Positions 45,873 through 55,605 of a DNA stretch of 64,000 bases are shown in pieces. Position numbers and translations under genes: made by a program. Source of the DNA: an uncultured Bdellovibrionales bacterium (lineage in GTDB: Bacteria > Patescibacteriota > Minisyncoccia > Moranbacterales > UBA1568); contig CAYTED010000004.1 of assembly GCA_964436855.1 (NCBI GenBank), forward strand, positions 67,627 through 131,626, written 5' to 3'. Each line of letters begins with the position of its first letter. The first letter of the stretch is position 1. A model generated the notes under the pieces. It searched no databases and was not told where the DNA came from. It was given only the letters and a program-made list of their open reading frames with translations.

Positions 45873-47465
45873 CTACCACGAAAAAAGCTTTGATTCTTTC
45901 CGAATCACCTTCCCGGAACGAGCGCCGGAAAACACCCCCTCGGTAATCGTCGGGACACCATTCACAAGCACCCAATCGACCCCGATCGGATACTGGTACG
46001 GACTTTCTTCGGTTGCGGTATCGGCAATGCGACTTGGATCGAGCACCACTACATCCGCAGCATATCCTTCACGCAAGAATCCGCGATTTTTAATATGGAA
46101 TCTTTCCGCTGGAAATCCGGTCATTTTTCGAATTGCCTCTTCCCAAGACAAAATCTTTTCATCGCGAACATATCGTCCAAGAACGCGCGGAAATGTTCCG
46201 AAGCTTCGAGGATGCACCATTTCCCCGGAAGATTGAGATTGGAGAGAATATCCGGAACCATTTGATGATACAATAGCGAACGGATGCTGTAATCCGTGAC
46301 GAATATTATGCTCGGAAAGAGACTCGATCGATACAATAGCTCGACCGTCACTTGCAAGCAAAAGATCGATAATCACATCTTCCGGGTACTTCTCCTGCGA
46401 TTGCGCGATATCGAGAATGCGTCGACGAGACAGCATTTTGGAAAGCGAAGAGGAAAGAACCGACATCGAAGCGTAATCAATACCGCTCTTTCGCATTTCA
46501 CGCACCACATTGTTTCGCGTGAGTGTATTCTTCAAATGGTTGAGCATTATTTTCCGACCTCCTTCGGTTACCCATTCCGGAAGAAAAGTATAAAGCACCG
46601 ATCCGGTTGTCGTGTACGGATAGATATCAAAACTGATGCGAAGCCCGTCAAGATCCGCGGCCTCGATCATCGAAAGCGCCTCCTCGAATAAATTCCAATG
46701 TTTTCGCCCGACTGCTTTCAAATGCGATATATGAAGCGGCGCTTTCGCTTCTTTCGCGGTTGTTATCGCTTCAACGATTGACGAGAGTAAATCCTCCGAC
46801 TCATTCCGCAGATAGGTAACATAAAGCCCCTCGTATTTTCCAGACACTTCTGCAAGATCAAGAATTTCGCTCGGGGTCGCACTTTTTGCATGGGTATAGC
46901 AAAGCCCGGTCGAAAGCCCGATCGCCCCTTCTTTCATTGATCGTTTTAAAAGATGCTCCATCACCGAAATATCATCCTCTTTTACCATGCGCATCACATC
47001 ATGGAGAACTCCGCGACGAATTGTTCCGTGTCCCACGAGCGTCGCGAAGTTCGTCGAGAGTTTTTTCTTTTCCACCTCCGCAAGAAAATCCTTCATCGAA
47101 AGCCAATTAAAGGTAATTTTTTCCACATCGGTCCACTTCTGAATCGAGCGGATCGCATCTTTGGAAACAAGCGGTGCAAGCGATGACCCGGCATTCCCGC
47201 CAATAAGAGTCGTTATGCCCTGACGAACCATACTTTCAAGATTTGGTTCGCGAAATATTTGCCAATACACGTCCGAATGATTATTCACATCAATAAATCC
47301 GGGAACGACATACTTTCCTTCGGCGTCAATCACTCGCTCCCCTCCTTCATTGCGAAGGTCACCGATTGCAACAATCGCTTCTTCTTTGACGCCAATATCA
47401 GCACGAAACATCGGTTTCCCCGAACCGTCGATTACCGTGCCGTTTTTAATCAGAGTGTCGAACAT
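45873..47465 (-). CDS. N-acyl-D-amino-acid deacylase family amidohydrolase
   Basis: IKNGTVIDGSG, PGFIDVNNHSD, HISHLK, HPRSFGTFPR and GYAADVVV. Confidence 0.88.
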   Translation of the reverse strand: MFDTLIKNGTVIDGSGKPMFRADIGVKEEAIVAIGDLRNEGGERVIDAEGKYVVPGFIDVNNHSDVYWQIFREPNLESMVRQGITTLIGGNAGSSLAPLVSKDAIRSIQKWTDVEKITFNWLSMKDFLAEVEKKKLSTNFATLVGHGTIRRGVLHDVMRMVKEDDISVMEHLLKRSMKEGAIGLSTGLCYTHAKSATPSEILDLAEVSGKYEGLYVTYLRNESEDLLSSIVEAITTAKEAKAPLHISHLKAVGRKHWNLFEEALSMIEAADLDGLRISFDIYPYTTTGSVLYTFLPEWVTEGGRKIMLNHLKNTLTRNNVVREMRKSGIDYASMSVLSSSLSKMLSRRRILDIAQSQEKYPEDVIIDLLLASDGRAIVSIESLSEHNIRHGLQHPFAIVSSNGSGYSLQSQSSGEMVHPRSFGTFPRVLGRYVRDEKILSWEEAIRKMTGFPAERFHIKNRGFLREGYAADVVVLDPSRIADTATEESPYQYPIGVDWVLVNGVPTITEGVFSGARSGKVIRKESKLFSW

Positions 47466-47509
47466 TGAGAAGAAGATAACAAATAATAGAAAATGCCAAT
47501 CAAAATCAT

Positions 47510-48511
47510 TTACTTTGTAACGAGAGCGGCCATCTCCACAAGACGATTCGAATACCCCCATTCATTATCGTACCACGCAATCACCTTCACAAAATCCCCA
47601 TCAATCACCTTTGTCAACGAAAGATCAACGATACTCGATCGCGGATCGCCAATAAAATCCGAGGAAACAAGCGGCTCTTTCGTTACTCCAAGTACGCCAT
47701 GGTAACTCGGATCTTTCGATGCCTCCGTCAACGCAGCATTCACTTCTTCAGCCGTTGTTTTTTTCTTCAAAAGAAAGGTGAAGTCCGTCACCGAAACAAC
47801 AATCGTGGGCACCCGAAGCGAAAGCCCATCAAACAACCCTTGAAGCGACGGCATCACTTCGGTAACAGCAATCGCTGCGCCGGTCGTCGTCGGAACAATA
47901 TTCTGCGCCGCCGCGCGGGCACGACGCATATCTTTATGTGGACCATCTTGCAGATTCTGATCCTGCGTATACGAATGTATTGTTGTCATCATCGCCTTTG
48001 CGATACCAAACTTCGACTCAAGCACTCGCGCCACCGGTGCAAGACAATTGGTCGTACACGATGCGTTAGAAACAACCACTTCATCCTCATACGCCCGATC
48101 ATTCACGCCAACAAGGTATGTCTTTACATCATCGCCCCCGCCTTTTGCAGGAGCCGAAAGCACAACTTTCTTTGCACCGGATTGCAAATGCTTCGCAGCG
48201 GAATCTTTTTCTACGAATCGGCCCGTGCATTCAAGCACCACATCAACATCAAGCACGGCCCATGGAAGCTTGGTTGGATCCGGTTCCGAAAACACCGGGA
48301 TACGCTTCTCGTCGACAACAAGGGCGTCGTTTTCGACAGAAACACTCCGGCGATACGCTCCATACGCGGTATCGTGAAGAAGAAGATGCGCAAGCGTTTT
48401 CGCATCCGTCAGATCATTTATTCCAACAATTTCCATATCATCTCGCTCAAGCGCGATTTTTAATGCTGCACGACCGATGCGACCAAATCCATTTATAGCT
48501 ACTCGAATCAT
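47510..48511 (-). CDS. gap: Glyceraldehyde-3-phosphate dehydrogenase
   Basis: VAINGFGRIGR, SNASCTTNCLAP and WYDNEWGYS. Confidence 0.98.
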   Translation of the reverse strand: MIRVAINGFGRIGRAALKIALERDDMEIVGINDLTDAKTLAHLLLHDTAYGAYRRSVSVENDALVVDEKRIPVFSEPDPTKLPWAVLDVDVVLECTGRFVEKDSAAKHLQSGAKKVVLSAPAKGGGDDVKTYLVGVNDRAYEDEVVVSNASCTTNCLAPVARVLESKFGIAKAMMTTIHSYTQDQNLQDGPHKDMRRARAAAQNIVPTTTGAAIAVTEVMPSLQGLFDGLSLRVPTIVVSVTDFTFLLKKKTTAEEVNAALTEASKDPSYHGVLGVTKEPLVSSDFIGDPRSSIVDLSLTKVIDGDFVKVIAWYDNEWGYSNRLVEMAALVTK

Positions 48512-48515
48512 AGTT

Positions 48516-48644
48516 TCAAAATCAAAATTTAAAAATCAAAGTGAAAAATGACAATCAAAAGTTCAGGATGGACAAGCGAGAAAACCCGAAAAATTTTTCA
48601 TTTTGCATTGTCATTTTTATTTTTGATATTTTCATTTTACATTT
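48516..48644. repeat. AT-rich palindromic intergenic element, family A
   Basis: Homologous to 43818-43927. The arms AAAATCAAA..AAAATGACAAT and ATTGTCATTTT..TTTGATATTTT are complementary. Confidence 0.8.
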
Positions 48645-48645
48645 T

Positions 48646-49503
48646 CTACACCTTTCCCGCTCCTCCGTACATTTCAATCTTCTCCTTCACCACCGTTTTT
48701 ACTGCTTCCATTCCAACGCCGAGCAACTTCCGAATGTCCGTCTCATCATTTTCAGTAAATCGCTTTTTCGTCGCTCCGATAAAGGCAAGCCGAACCGAGG
48801 TATCAACATTAAAACAACTGATCCCCATACCAATCACCGTTCGTACCCGTTCTCGATTCCAATCCGACGATCCGTGCAAAACAAGCGGGATGGAAATTTG
48901 TTCCGCAATCGCCTTCAGTCTTTCATAGTCCGGTTCTTCTCGCTCCTGAAAAAATCCATGCGCATTACCGATCGCGACCGCGAGCGTATCGATTCCCGTC
49001 TCTTGGACAAATTCAACCGCCTGTATCGGATCGGTCATATATTTTTCCCAATCTACCGACTGCATATCGGTCTCTCCAAGGTACGGCACATTTCCAAGTT
49101 CGGCTTGCACAGAAATATTTCGCATATGTGCAAGATTGACGATTTTTTTTGTAACCATCAAATTGTCGACATACTCCTTCCGCGACCCGTCATACATGAC
49201 CGACGTGAAGCCGATTTCCATCGCCCGCTCCACCACCTCAAAACTCTTCCCATGATCAAGGTGGATACCGATCGGAATATTCGGCGCATAACACTCGGCC
49301 ATTGTTTTGATCGCGTTGAAAATCGCTCGTCCGCCAATATAGTCAAAAGTTTTTTCAGTTACCTGTACAATCACCGGCGATCCCATTTCTTTCGCAGCAA
49401 GAATAATTGCCCGAGTTGTTTCCAAGTTCACCGTATTAAAAGCACCGATAGCATATCCTTCCGATCGAGCCTTTTCGAGCATCTCGCGAACATTTGTTAT
49501 CAT
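48646..49503 (-). CDS. fba: Fructose-bisphosphate aldolase class II
   Basis: YAIGAFN, HLDHG, SVMYDGS, AVAIGNAHG and LVLHGSS. Confidence 0.93.
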   Translation of the reverse strand: MITNVREMLEKARSEGYAIGAFNTVNLETTRAIILAAKEMGSPVIVQVTEKTFDYIGGRAIFNAIKTMAECYAPNIPIGIHLDHGKSFEVVERAMEIGFTSVMYDGSRKEYVDNLMVTKKIVNLAHMRNISVQAELGNVPYLGETDMQSVDWEKYMTDPIQAVEFVQETGIDTLAVAIGNAHGFFQEREEPDYERLKAIAEQISIPLVLHGSSDWNRERVRTVIGMGISCFNVDTSVRLAFIGATKKRFTENDETDIRKLLGVGMEAVKTVVKEKIEMYGGAGKV

Positions 49504-49514
49504 AATATTTTTTC

Positions 49515-50306
49515 TTATTCTTTTTCTTCCTCTTTTTGTTTTTGTTCAAACACTTCAAACATCTCTCCCATTTTTACCATTTCGTGCGGAGAAAGACTTT
49601 CCCTCCCCACAAGCGCCCCATCCATTCCCGCCGCAAGACACACGTCATTCAGTATCGTTGACTTCACCGATCCGCCATAGAGTACCGGTATTCGATCGGC
49701 CGTCTTCGGGTCAAACAATTCCGAAAGAATTTTCCGTATCAAAATTCTCATTTCAAAGATTTCATCGGTTGTTGGTGTTGTGTCGTTTCCGATCGCCCAA
49801 CGCGGTTCATATGCAATAATAATTTTTTCCGCTTGTAATTTTGAAAGTCCTTCAAACCCAGACCGAATCATTCGCTCAATCACCACCGCCGTCTCATCTG
49901 CCTCGCGCTCCTCCTTTGTCTCTCCCACACAAAAAATCGACCGGAGAAGACTCTTCCCCGCAGCATCAATTTTCTTTCGAATCATTTCGTCCGTTTCTCC
50001 AAAGTACGATCGTCGCTCGCTGTGCCCAAGAATGACGTATTCTGCACCAAACCGCTTCAGCATCTCTGGAGAAGTCTCTCCCGTATACGACCCCTCCTTT
50101 TCAAAAAAAGCGTTTTGCCCACCAAGGTAGATTCCTTGTGGCAGCATTTCCGAAGCGATACCGAACGATATCAAGGGCGGACAGACGATACACTCCACAT
50201 TCCGGAAACTTTTCCCCTCCATCTCCCGTGCAAAAACAGAAAGGTACTGCCGCACATCATCCGGAAAAAGCAAGTTCATTTTCAGATTACCAACGAGATA
50301 TTTCAT
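49515..50306 (-). CDS. tpiA: Triosephosphate isomerase
   Basis: GNLKMN, GSYTGE, ILGHSERR, AYEPRWAIG and LYGGSV. Confidence 0.95.
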   Translation of the reverse strand: MKYLVGNLKMNLLFPDDVRQYLSVFAREMEGKSFRNVECIVCPPLISFGIASEMLPQGIYLGGQNAFFEKEGSYTGETSPEMLKRFGAEYVILGHSERRSYFGETDEMIRKKIDAAGKSLLRSIFCVGETKEEREADETAVVIERMIRSGFEGLSKLQAEKIIIAYEPRWAIGNDTTPTTDEIFEMRILIRKILSELFDPKTADRIPVLYGGSVKSTILNDVCLAAGMDGALVGRESLSPHEMVKMGEMFEVFEQKQKEEEKE

Positions 50307-50319
50307 AGAGCGTGTAGCG

Positions 50320-50487
50320 AAACGCAAACGTACAAGAAATTCAACAAAAAAACACAAACCTCGCAAAACACAGAAACCAAACAGGGCATGGAAACAAAAA
50401 ACTTCAAAACACGAAATGCTATGTCCTTATTTTCTGTTTTGGAATTTTTGCTTTGTTTGGTTTTTGTGTTTTGAGTACTGTGCTTTT
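50320..50487. repeat. AC/GT-rich palindromic intergenic element, family B
   Basis: Shares a 20-mer with 36652-71. The right arm TTTGTTTGGTTTTTGTGTTTTGAG complements the left arm. Confidence 0.7.
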
Positions 50488-50516
50488 CCTCAAAGCAATC
50501 GTTTTTCAAAATACCC

Positions 50517-51539
50517 TTACAATTGCCCCCGCAAAAACTCCGCTGCTTTCTCCGGCTCGATCATCGATATTTCGATACCCGTTGAAAGCTCAAATCCCGC
50601 CCACGTCGCTGTTTTTGGAAGAATTTCGATATGCCACTGATAGTGTGGGTAATCCCTTCCGTTGCACGGTGCCGTGTGGATATAAAAATTATACGCCGGG
50701 TCTCCAAGTCCCTTCCAAATCGAAAACATCGCTTTTTGCATCGCCTCGCCGAGAGAAAATTTCTCTTCATTGGTTACTCGTTCAAAGTATGGATTTGGTC
50801 GTTTCCCAACAATCCATGTTTCAAACGCGGCGCGTGATGCAAACGGGCAAAACACGAGAAAATCATCATTCTCGTATACCACGCGAACTTTTTCTGATCG
50901 CTCGTACTCCGTCATCACTTCATAGACTTTTTTCCGATTCGCACGATAATACACTTCTGCACCATCGAGCTCAAGCTCGATATAGGGCGAGATGACCGGG
51001 ATGGCCATCAGCTGCGAATGCGGATGAGCGATTGATGCCCCTACTTCTTTTCCATGATTGTGAAAAATTTGGATATAATTGACGCTCTTTTTATTCATAA
51101 GAGAGAGGTATCGATCCTGATACGCATCAAAAAGCTCCGCTACCTGCCATACCTCCAGTTCGGCAATCGACCTTTTTGGATCGCGCGTTACAATAACTTC
51201 ATGATACCCAACTCCCGACATCGAAAAATACGGGCCTTTCGAAAGATTTTTCACTGTGCGCCCGCGAATAAATGCCGGATACTTATTTGGAAACACCCGA
51301 AGACTCCAGTCCCCACCCGGACGATTGTATATCAAAACATCTTTTTCTTGTCCACTTGCTTCCGGATGCTCAAATGGGTCGCTCGGATTCATACCTTCCG
51401 CGCGTTTGGTTGTCGACGCGAACTCATCAGGACGCTTCGCGCGACCTGTCGCAATAACCACCCAGTCCCCGGTTACTATGTCCTGCCGAAGTTCCGACTC
51501 ATATCCGATCGATTGTTTTTTTTCTTTCTCCTCACTCAC
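50517..51539 (-). CDS. galT: Galactose-1-phosphate uridylyltransferase (GalT family)
   Basis: ELRQD..TGDWVVIA..RAKRP, VFPNKYPA, GASIAHPHSQ and AGFELSTG. Confidence 0.9.
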   Translation of the reverse strand: MSEEKEKKQSIGYESELRQDIVTGDWVVIATGRAKRPDEFASTTKRAEGMNPSDPFEHPEASGQEKDVLIYNRPGGDWSLRVFPNKYPAFIRGRTVKNLSKGPYFSMSGVGYHEVIVTRDPKRSIAELEVWQVAELFDAYQDRYLSLMNKKSVNYIQIFHNHGKEVGASIAHPHSQLMAIPVISPYIELELDGAEVYYRANRKKVYEVMTEYERSEKVRVVYENDDFLVFCPFASRAAFETWIVGKRPNPYFERVTNEEKFSLGEAMQKAMFSIWKGLGDPAYNFYIHTAPCNGRDYPHYQWHIEILPKTATWAGFELSTGIEISMIEPEKAAEFLRGQL

Positions 51540-51580
51540 ACGCTTTTTCTTTTTGTTGATGTTGACTGTGTACCATCACG

Positions 51581-52357
51581 CTATGCCATCGCCGCCATAC
51601 GCTTCTTTCTTCCATCGCGAAGACGATAGAAGCCGAACCAAATCCGAAACCGAGTTTTAAAAAGATCGATAAACACTCGAATGTAACCATTCGGCCCGAA
51701 AAGCCTCACAGTCGATCCTTCGACATTCAGCCACCGGACTGGAAGCTGCTTTATCCTAAAACCAAGGCGCTCGGAAAGGGTAATGAGTTCAAAATCAAAT
51801 CCGAATCGATCCACTACCATCCGACTCGCTATAAGATCCGCCGCAACATCCGTCATCATCTTAAATCCGCACTGCGTATCGGGATACTTCCAAAGCCCAA
51901 GCACAATTCGAATTGCCCAATTTCCCATATCTCCGAAAAGCTCCCGCCATTTCGGTTGGTGCACGGCAACCTGCGAGTTTTTGTGATCACGCGATCCGAT
52001 CACAACATCAAACCCATTTCCAAACTCCGGGAAAAACGTATCGAGATGCGTAATTGATGTGGATCCGTCGGCATCGAGAAATACCCGATACTTTCCTTTT
52101 CCTTCGAGAAGCCCCTGCCGCACAACATACCCTTTTCCATGATTTTCCGAATTCTCGATTACGCGAAGATTCGCCACCTGATGCATATAATTCCGAGCAA
52201 TCTCGGCGGTATTGTCTGGAGATCCGTCTACAAATACGATAATTTCGTACGTATAATTTTTCCCCCTCAAATACTTGTCGATTTCAAGCAGATTTCTCCC
52301 GATACGATCCCCCTCTTTGTATGCGGGAATGAGAACACTTAAATATGGTTGCTCCAT
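51581..52357 (-). CDS. GT2 polyprenyl-phosphate glycosyltransferase (ALG5/DPM1-like)
   Basis: LSVLIPAY, VDGSPD, NHGKGYVVRQG, FLDADGST and DTQCGFK. Minus-strand TGGTATAAT at 52391-99. Confidence 0.9.
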   Translation of the reverse strand: MEQPYLSVLIPAYKEGDRIGRNLLEIDKYLRGKNYTYEIIVFVDGSPDNTAEIARNYMHQVANLRVIENSENHGKGYVVRQGLLEGKGKYRVFLDADGSTSITHLDTFFPEFGNGFDVVIGSRDHKNSQVAVHQPKWRELFGDMGNWAIRIVLGLWKYPDTQCGFKMMTDVAADLIASRMVVDRFGFDFELITLSERLGFRIKQLPVRWLNVEGSTVRLFGPNGYIRVFIDLFKTRFRIWFGFYRLRDGRKKRMAAMA

Positions 52358-52441
52358 AATAAAATAAGGTGATAAAGAATTTCTGAATCAATTATACCAC
52401 AACAATACACGCCCTCCCCGAAAGAACAACCGAAAAGCAGG

Positions 52442-53179
52442 TCAACCTCCAGGGCAACCATATGGTGTCGTGCTCCCAAGGTCAATCACAGGCGCACTGC
52501 TATTTGGAGCAGACTTCCCGTACCACGGAATAAAATCCGGGATTGCTGCAGTAACGCCGCACCGTGGGGTATACGAATATATTCCATCCACCGAAAGAAT
52601 AATCTTAACGGGAAACGAACCTCCGGTATTCAAAGCACAATAATCCAAGGCGCCACAACCAGGATACGTTTGCATTCCACCTCCACTCGGGGCATGAAGC
52701 GCTCCGTCACTGTCAACATAAATCATCACTGGCGATGCACCAAAAGCATCAAGTTTAAACTTCTGAGAATAATAACCGGAAAAGAGGCCCTTTCTATCAT
52801 TCTTAAGAACCGGGACGGTTCCAGTACCTCCACTATTCAACTCGCTCACCCACTTCCCAATCGATCCAACATAAAAATCGTTTGCATTCACAAAACCAGA
52901 CAGTCCTTTGGTATTATTTGGAAACGTCCCTATCCCAACATTTCCGTTGACAAGAGCATTCCCTCCAACACTAAAGCTCCCTAAAAGACCAAGTGACCCT
53001 TCCTTTGTTTGTATACCATTCGCTGTTGTTACTGATCCGAAAACGTTTCCCCCCGGAGGAGAAACTGTAGAGGGCGGATTCACCCACGCTCGAACTTCGC
53101 GGATACCAATCCCTACCAACAATCCAACCGCAAAAACGGACAGCCAGTACGTAAACCCACGAGAAAACACTCGGCTCAT
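52442..53179 (-). CDS. Secreted/surface protein, possible pilus-tip adhesin-like
   Basis: Signal/TM then AWVNPP..PPGGNV, GNVGIGT and NANDFYVGSIGKWVSEL. Four Cys in the C-terminal domain. Codon usage differs from the neighbours. Confidence 0.65.
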   Translation of the reverse strand: MSRVFSRGFTYWLSVFAVGLLVGIGIREVRAWVNPPSTVSPPGGNVFGSVTTANGIQTKEGSLGLLGSFSVGGNALVNGNVGIGTFPNNTKGLSGFVNANDFYVGSIGKWVSELNSGGTGTVPVLKNDRKGLFSGYYSQKFKLDAFGASPVMIYVDSDGALHAPSGGGMQTYPGCGALDYCALNTGGSFPVKIILSVDGIYSYTPRCGVTAAIPDFIPWYGKSAPNSSAPVIDLGSTTPYGCPGG

Positions 53180-53234
53180 AATATTTCTTTAATGATTTCT
53201 GTTTTTCAAAACACGAAGATATTATACCATATCC

Positions 53235-53267
53235 AAAAAAAGAAAACACCCCGGGGTATCGGGGTGT
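53235..53267 (-). terminator. Intrinsic terminator after rpsU
   Basis: ACACCCCG-N6-CGGGGTGT followed by a long U-tract on the minus strand. Confidence 0.75.
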
Positions 53268-53280
53268 ATTCCGGAGTCGT

Positions 53281-53529
53281 TTACATTCGCTTCTTAATTT
53301 CACGGAGCGACTCTTCGTTAAATTTTCCAAACTTCTTCAATCGATCGATTTCCTTTCGGATTTTCACTTTATAGAGCGCTTCGTTCCGTCGCTTATCCTT
53401 ACTCTTTTCTTCCTGCTTAAAGCGGCCCTTGCGCGCCTTCTGCAGAACTCCTGACTGCTGCACGCGTCGCGAAAAACGACGAATGAGTCCTTCTGCGGTC
53501 TCTCGCTCCTTCCGTTTAATTTGAATCAT
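53281..53529 (-). CDS. rpsU: 30S ribosomal protein S21-like
   Basis: IKRKERETAEGLIRRFSRRVQQSGVLQKARK, with strong SD AAAGGAGGT. Confidence 0.75.
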   Translation of the reverse strand: MIQIKRKERETAEGLIRRFSRRVQQSGVLQKARKGRFKQEEKSKDKRRNEALYKVKIRKEIDRLKKFGKFNEESLREIKKRM

Positions 53530-53679
53530 AAGAAAATACCTCCTTTCCGATTTCACCATTCAAAATTTTCACTTTTCAGCAAGGAAAGTGCCGCCATCCG
53601 CTCTGGAGCGCAGCCCCGACATTATATCGGAACGAACAGAAACAGGATGAAGAAATTCTCCTTGTTGAAAAAATACCTC

Positions 53680-54027
53680 TTATACCGGATGTATATTTTC
53701 CGATAACCGAGCACCCCCGAGCAGATGCAAGTGGATATGCCGTACCTCCTGTCCGCCATCCCGACCGGTACGGAAAAGCAGTTTATACCCTTTTTCGGAA
53801 ATATTCAAGTCCCGAGCGATATTCCTCGCCACGAGGATCATTCGCCCGACAAAAAGTGCATCAGAATCGGAAAGATCGTTGATCGTCTCAATCTCTTTCT
53901 TTGGAATAATAAGGATATGCACCGGCGCGATCGGATGAATATCCTTGAACGCAAGAATGTCATCATCCTCATAGACGATATCTGCCGGTATCTCTTTCCG
54001 AATGATTTTGCTAAACACGGTTTCCAT
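53680..54027 (-). CDS. HIT family nucleotide hydrolase
   Basis: FSKIIRKEIPADIVYED, AFKDIHP and GQEVRHIHLHLLGG, with SD GAGGAGGT. Confidence 0.95.
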   Translation of the reverse strand: METVFSKIIRKEIPADIVYEDDDILAFKDIHPIAPVHILIIPKKEIETINDLSDSDALFVGRMILVARNIARDLNISEKGYKLLFRTGRDGGQEVRHIHLHLLGGARLSENIHPV

Positions 54028-54056
54028 AATACCTCCTCTGAACGATCCAATATCTG

Positions 54057-55550
54057 TTACCTGTTTGCTGTTTGCTTCTTCCCTTCCTCTTCCTCCTCAT
54101 CATCCTCATCCTCGCGAATCGGAACCTGCACGGAAAGTTCGGAGTTCGCCTTGAGAATTTTTTTCACCGCGAGAACAAGTTTTTCAAGCGACACGGTTTC
54201 CTGCGTTCCCGACACCATATCCTTTACGATCGCCGCGCCATCAAGCGCTTCTTTCTGACCGATAATCACCGTAATCTCCACGCCGAGCCGATTCGCCACA
54301 CGGAGTTGCGATTTGAGACTTCCCCGACCAAAGCTCTCCGCAAGGAGAATGCCATTCTTTTCGAGTTCGGAAAAAATTTTCAAGCTCTTTTTCTTCGCCA
54401 AATCGCCGAGTTGCGCAAGAAAAACACGCGGGCGCGGTTCTTCGTATGGTTTCACGGCCGTCCGTTTCATTTCAAGCACAATCCGATCAAGCCCGAGTCC
54501 GAAACCGATCGCCGGCGTCGATTCACCGCCGAGCGATTCGAGTAATCGATCATACCGTCCGCCACCGCCAAGTGAATAGTTTTTTCCATTCGCATCGGTC
54601 GAGCGGATTTCAAATACCGTCCGCGTATAATAATCAAGCCCGCGAACGAGACGCGTATTGATGGAATACGGAAGTTCGAGTTCATCGAGATACTCGAGAA
54701 GATGCTTAAAGTGGAGTCTCGATTCATCGTCAAGAAAGTCAATCATCTGCGGAGCGGTCGCTGTTAATTGGACGCATTTGTCTTCCTTGCAATCAAGAAT
54801 GCGAAGCGGATTCGAAATCAGGCGTTCCCGACAATTCTGACAAAGCTTGTGACGCTGCGACTCGAGAAATTTGATCAACGTTTTTTCATATACTTTTCGA
54901 GTTTCTTTGGTGCCGATGCTATTCAGTTGAAATTCGATATTCTTCAGACCGAGATCTCGCACCACGCGATACGCGAGTTGAATCGTTTGCGCGTCAAGAA
55001 TCGGATCGCTTTCGCCAAACATATCGAAATTCGCCTGCCAGTGTTCGCGGTAACGCCCTTCCTGCGGTCGATCATACCGAAACACCGGACCCATCGTAAA
55101 AAGCTTGATCGGTTTTGGAAGAATTCCCATTCCATGCTGAATATACGCACGACAAAGTCCCGCGGTCATTTCCGGGCGAAGCGCAACACGATCTCCTCCG
55201 CGCGTATTGAAAAGATAGATTTCCTTATCGATGATATCCGTTCCCTCGCCAATCGAACGGAGGTAGAGGTGCGCGTATTCAACCGTCGGCAAATCAATGC
55301 GTCGAAAGCCATACTCTTCTGATGCTTTGGAGAGAATTCTTCGCACGCGCTCCCAATACGGTTGCTCTGCCGGCAAAATATCCCGCATACCGCGAAGCGC
55401 CTGCAAAAGCATTTCCGTCTCCATCGGAACCGGAGGAGACGCCTTTTTGGGGAGCGCTTCTTTTTTCTTGTACGAAGTCACCGAAGCGGGTTTCTTTTTC
55501 GGAGAAACCGCCTTTTTCAAAACAACGGATTTTTTCTTCTGTGTCGACAT
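54057..55550 (-). CDS. hisS: Histidine--tRNA ligase
   Basis: RGMRDILP, LRPEMTA, FRYDRPQEGRYREHWQ, LVRGLDYY and GGGRYD. Confidence 0.97.
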   Translation of the reverse strand: MSTQKKKSVVLKKAVSPKKKPASVTSYKKKEALPKKASPPVPMETEMLLQALRGMRDILPAEQPYWERVRRILSKASEEYGFRRIDLPTVEYAHLYLRSIGEGTDIIDKEIYLFNTRGGDRVALRPEMTAGLCRAYIQHGMGILPKPIKLFTMGPVFRYDRPQEGRYREHWQANFDMFGESDPILDAQTIQLAYRVVRDLGLKNIEFQLNSIGTKETRKVYEKTLIKFLESQRHKLCQNCRERLISNPLRILDCKEDKCVQLTATAPQMIDFLDDESRLHFKHLLEYLDELELPYSINTRLVRGLDYYTRTVFEIRSTDANGKNYSLGGGGRYDRLLESLGGESTPAIGFGLGLDRIVLEMKRTAVKPYEEPRPRVFLAQLGDLAKKKSLKIFSELEKNGILLAESFGRGSLKSQLRVANRLGVEITVIIGQKEALDGAAIVKDMVSGTQETVSLEKLVLAVKKILKANSELSVQVPIREDEDDEEEEEGKKQTANR

Positions 55551-55605
55551 ACGCAAGAAACCAATCAATGATTATTCGGTGAACATCCCTCCAAAAAATC
55601 CTCTC

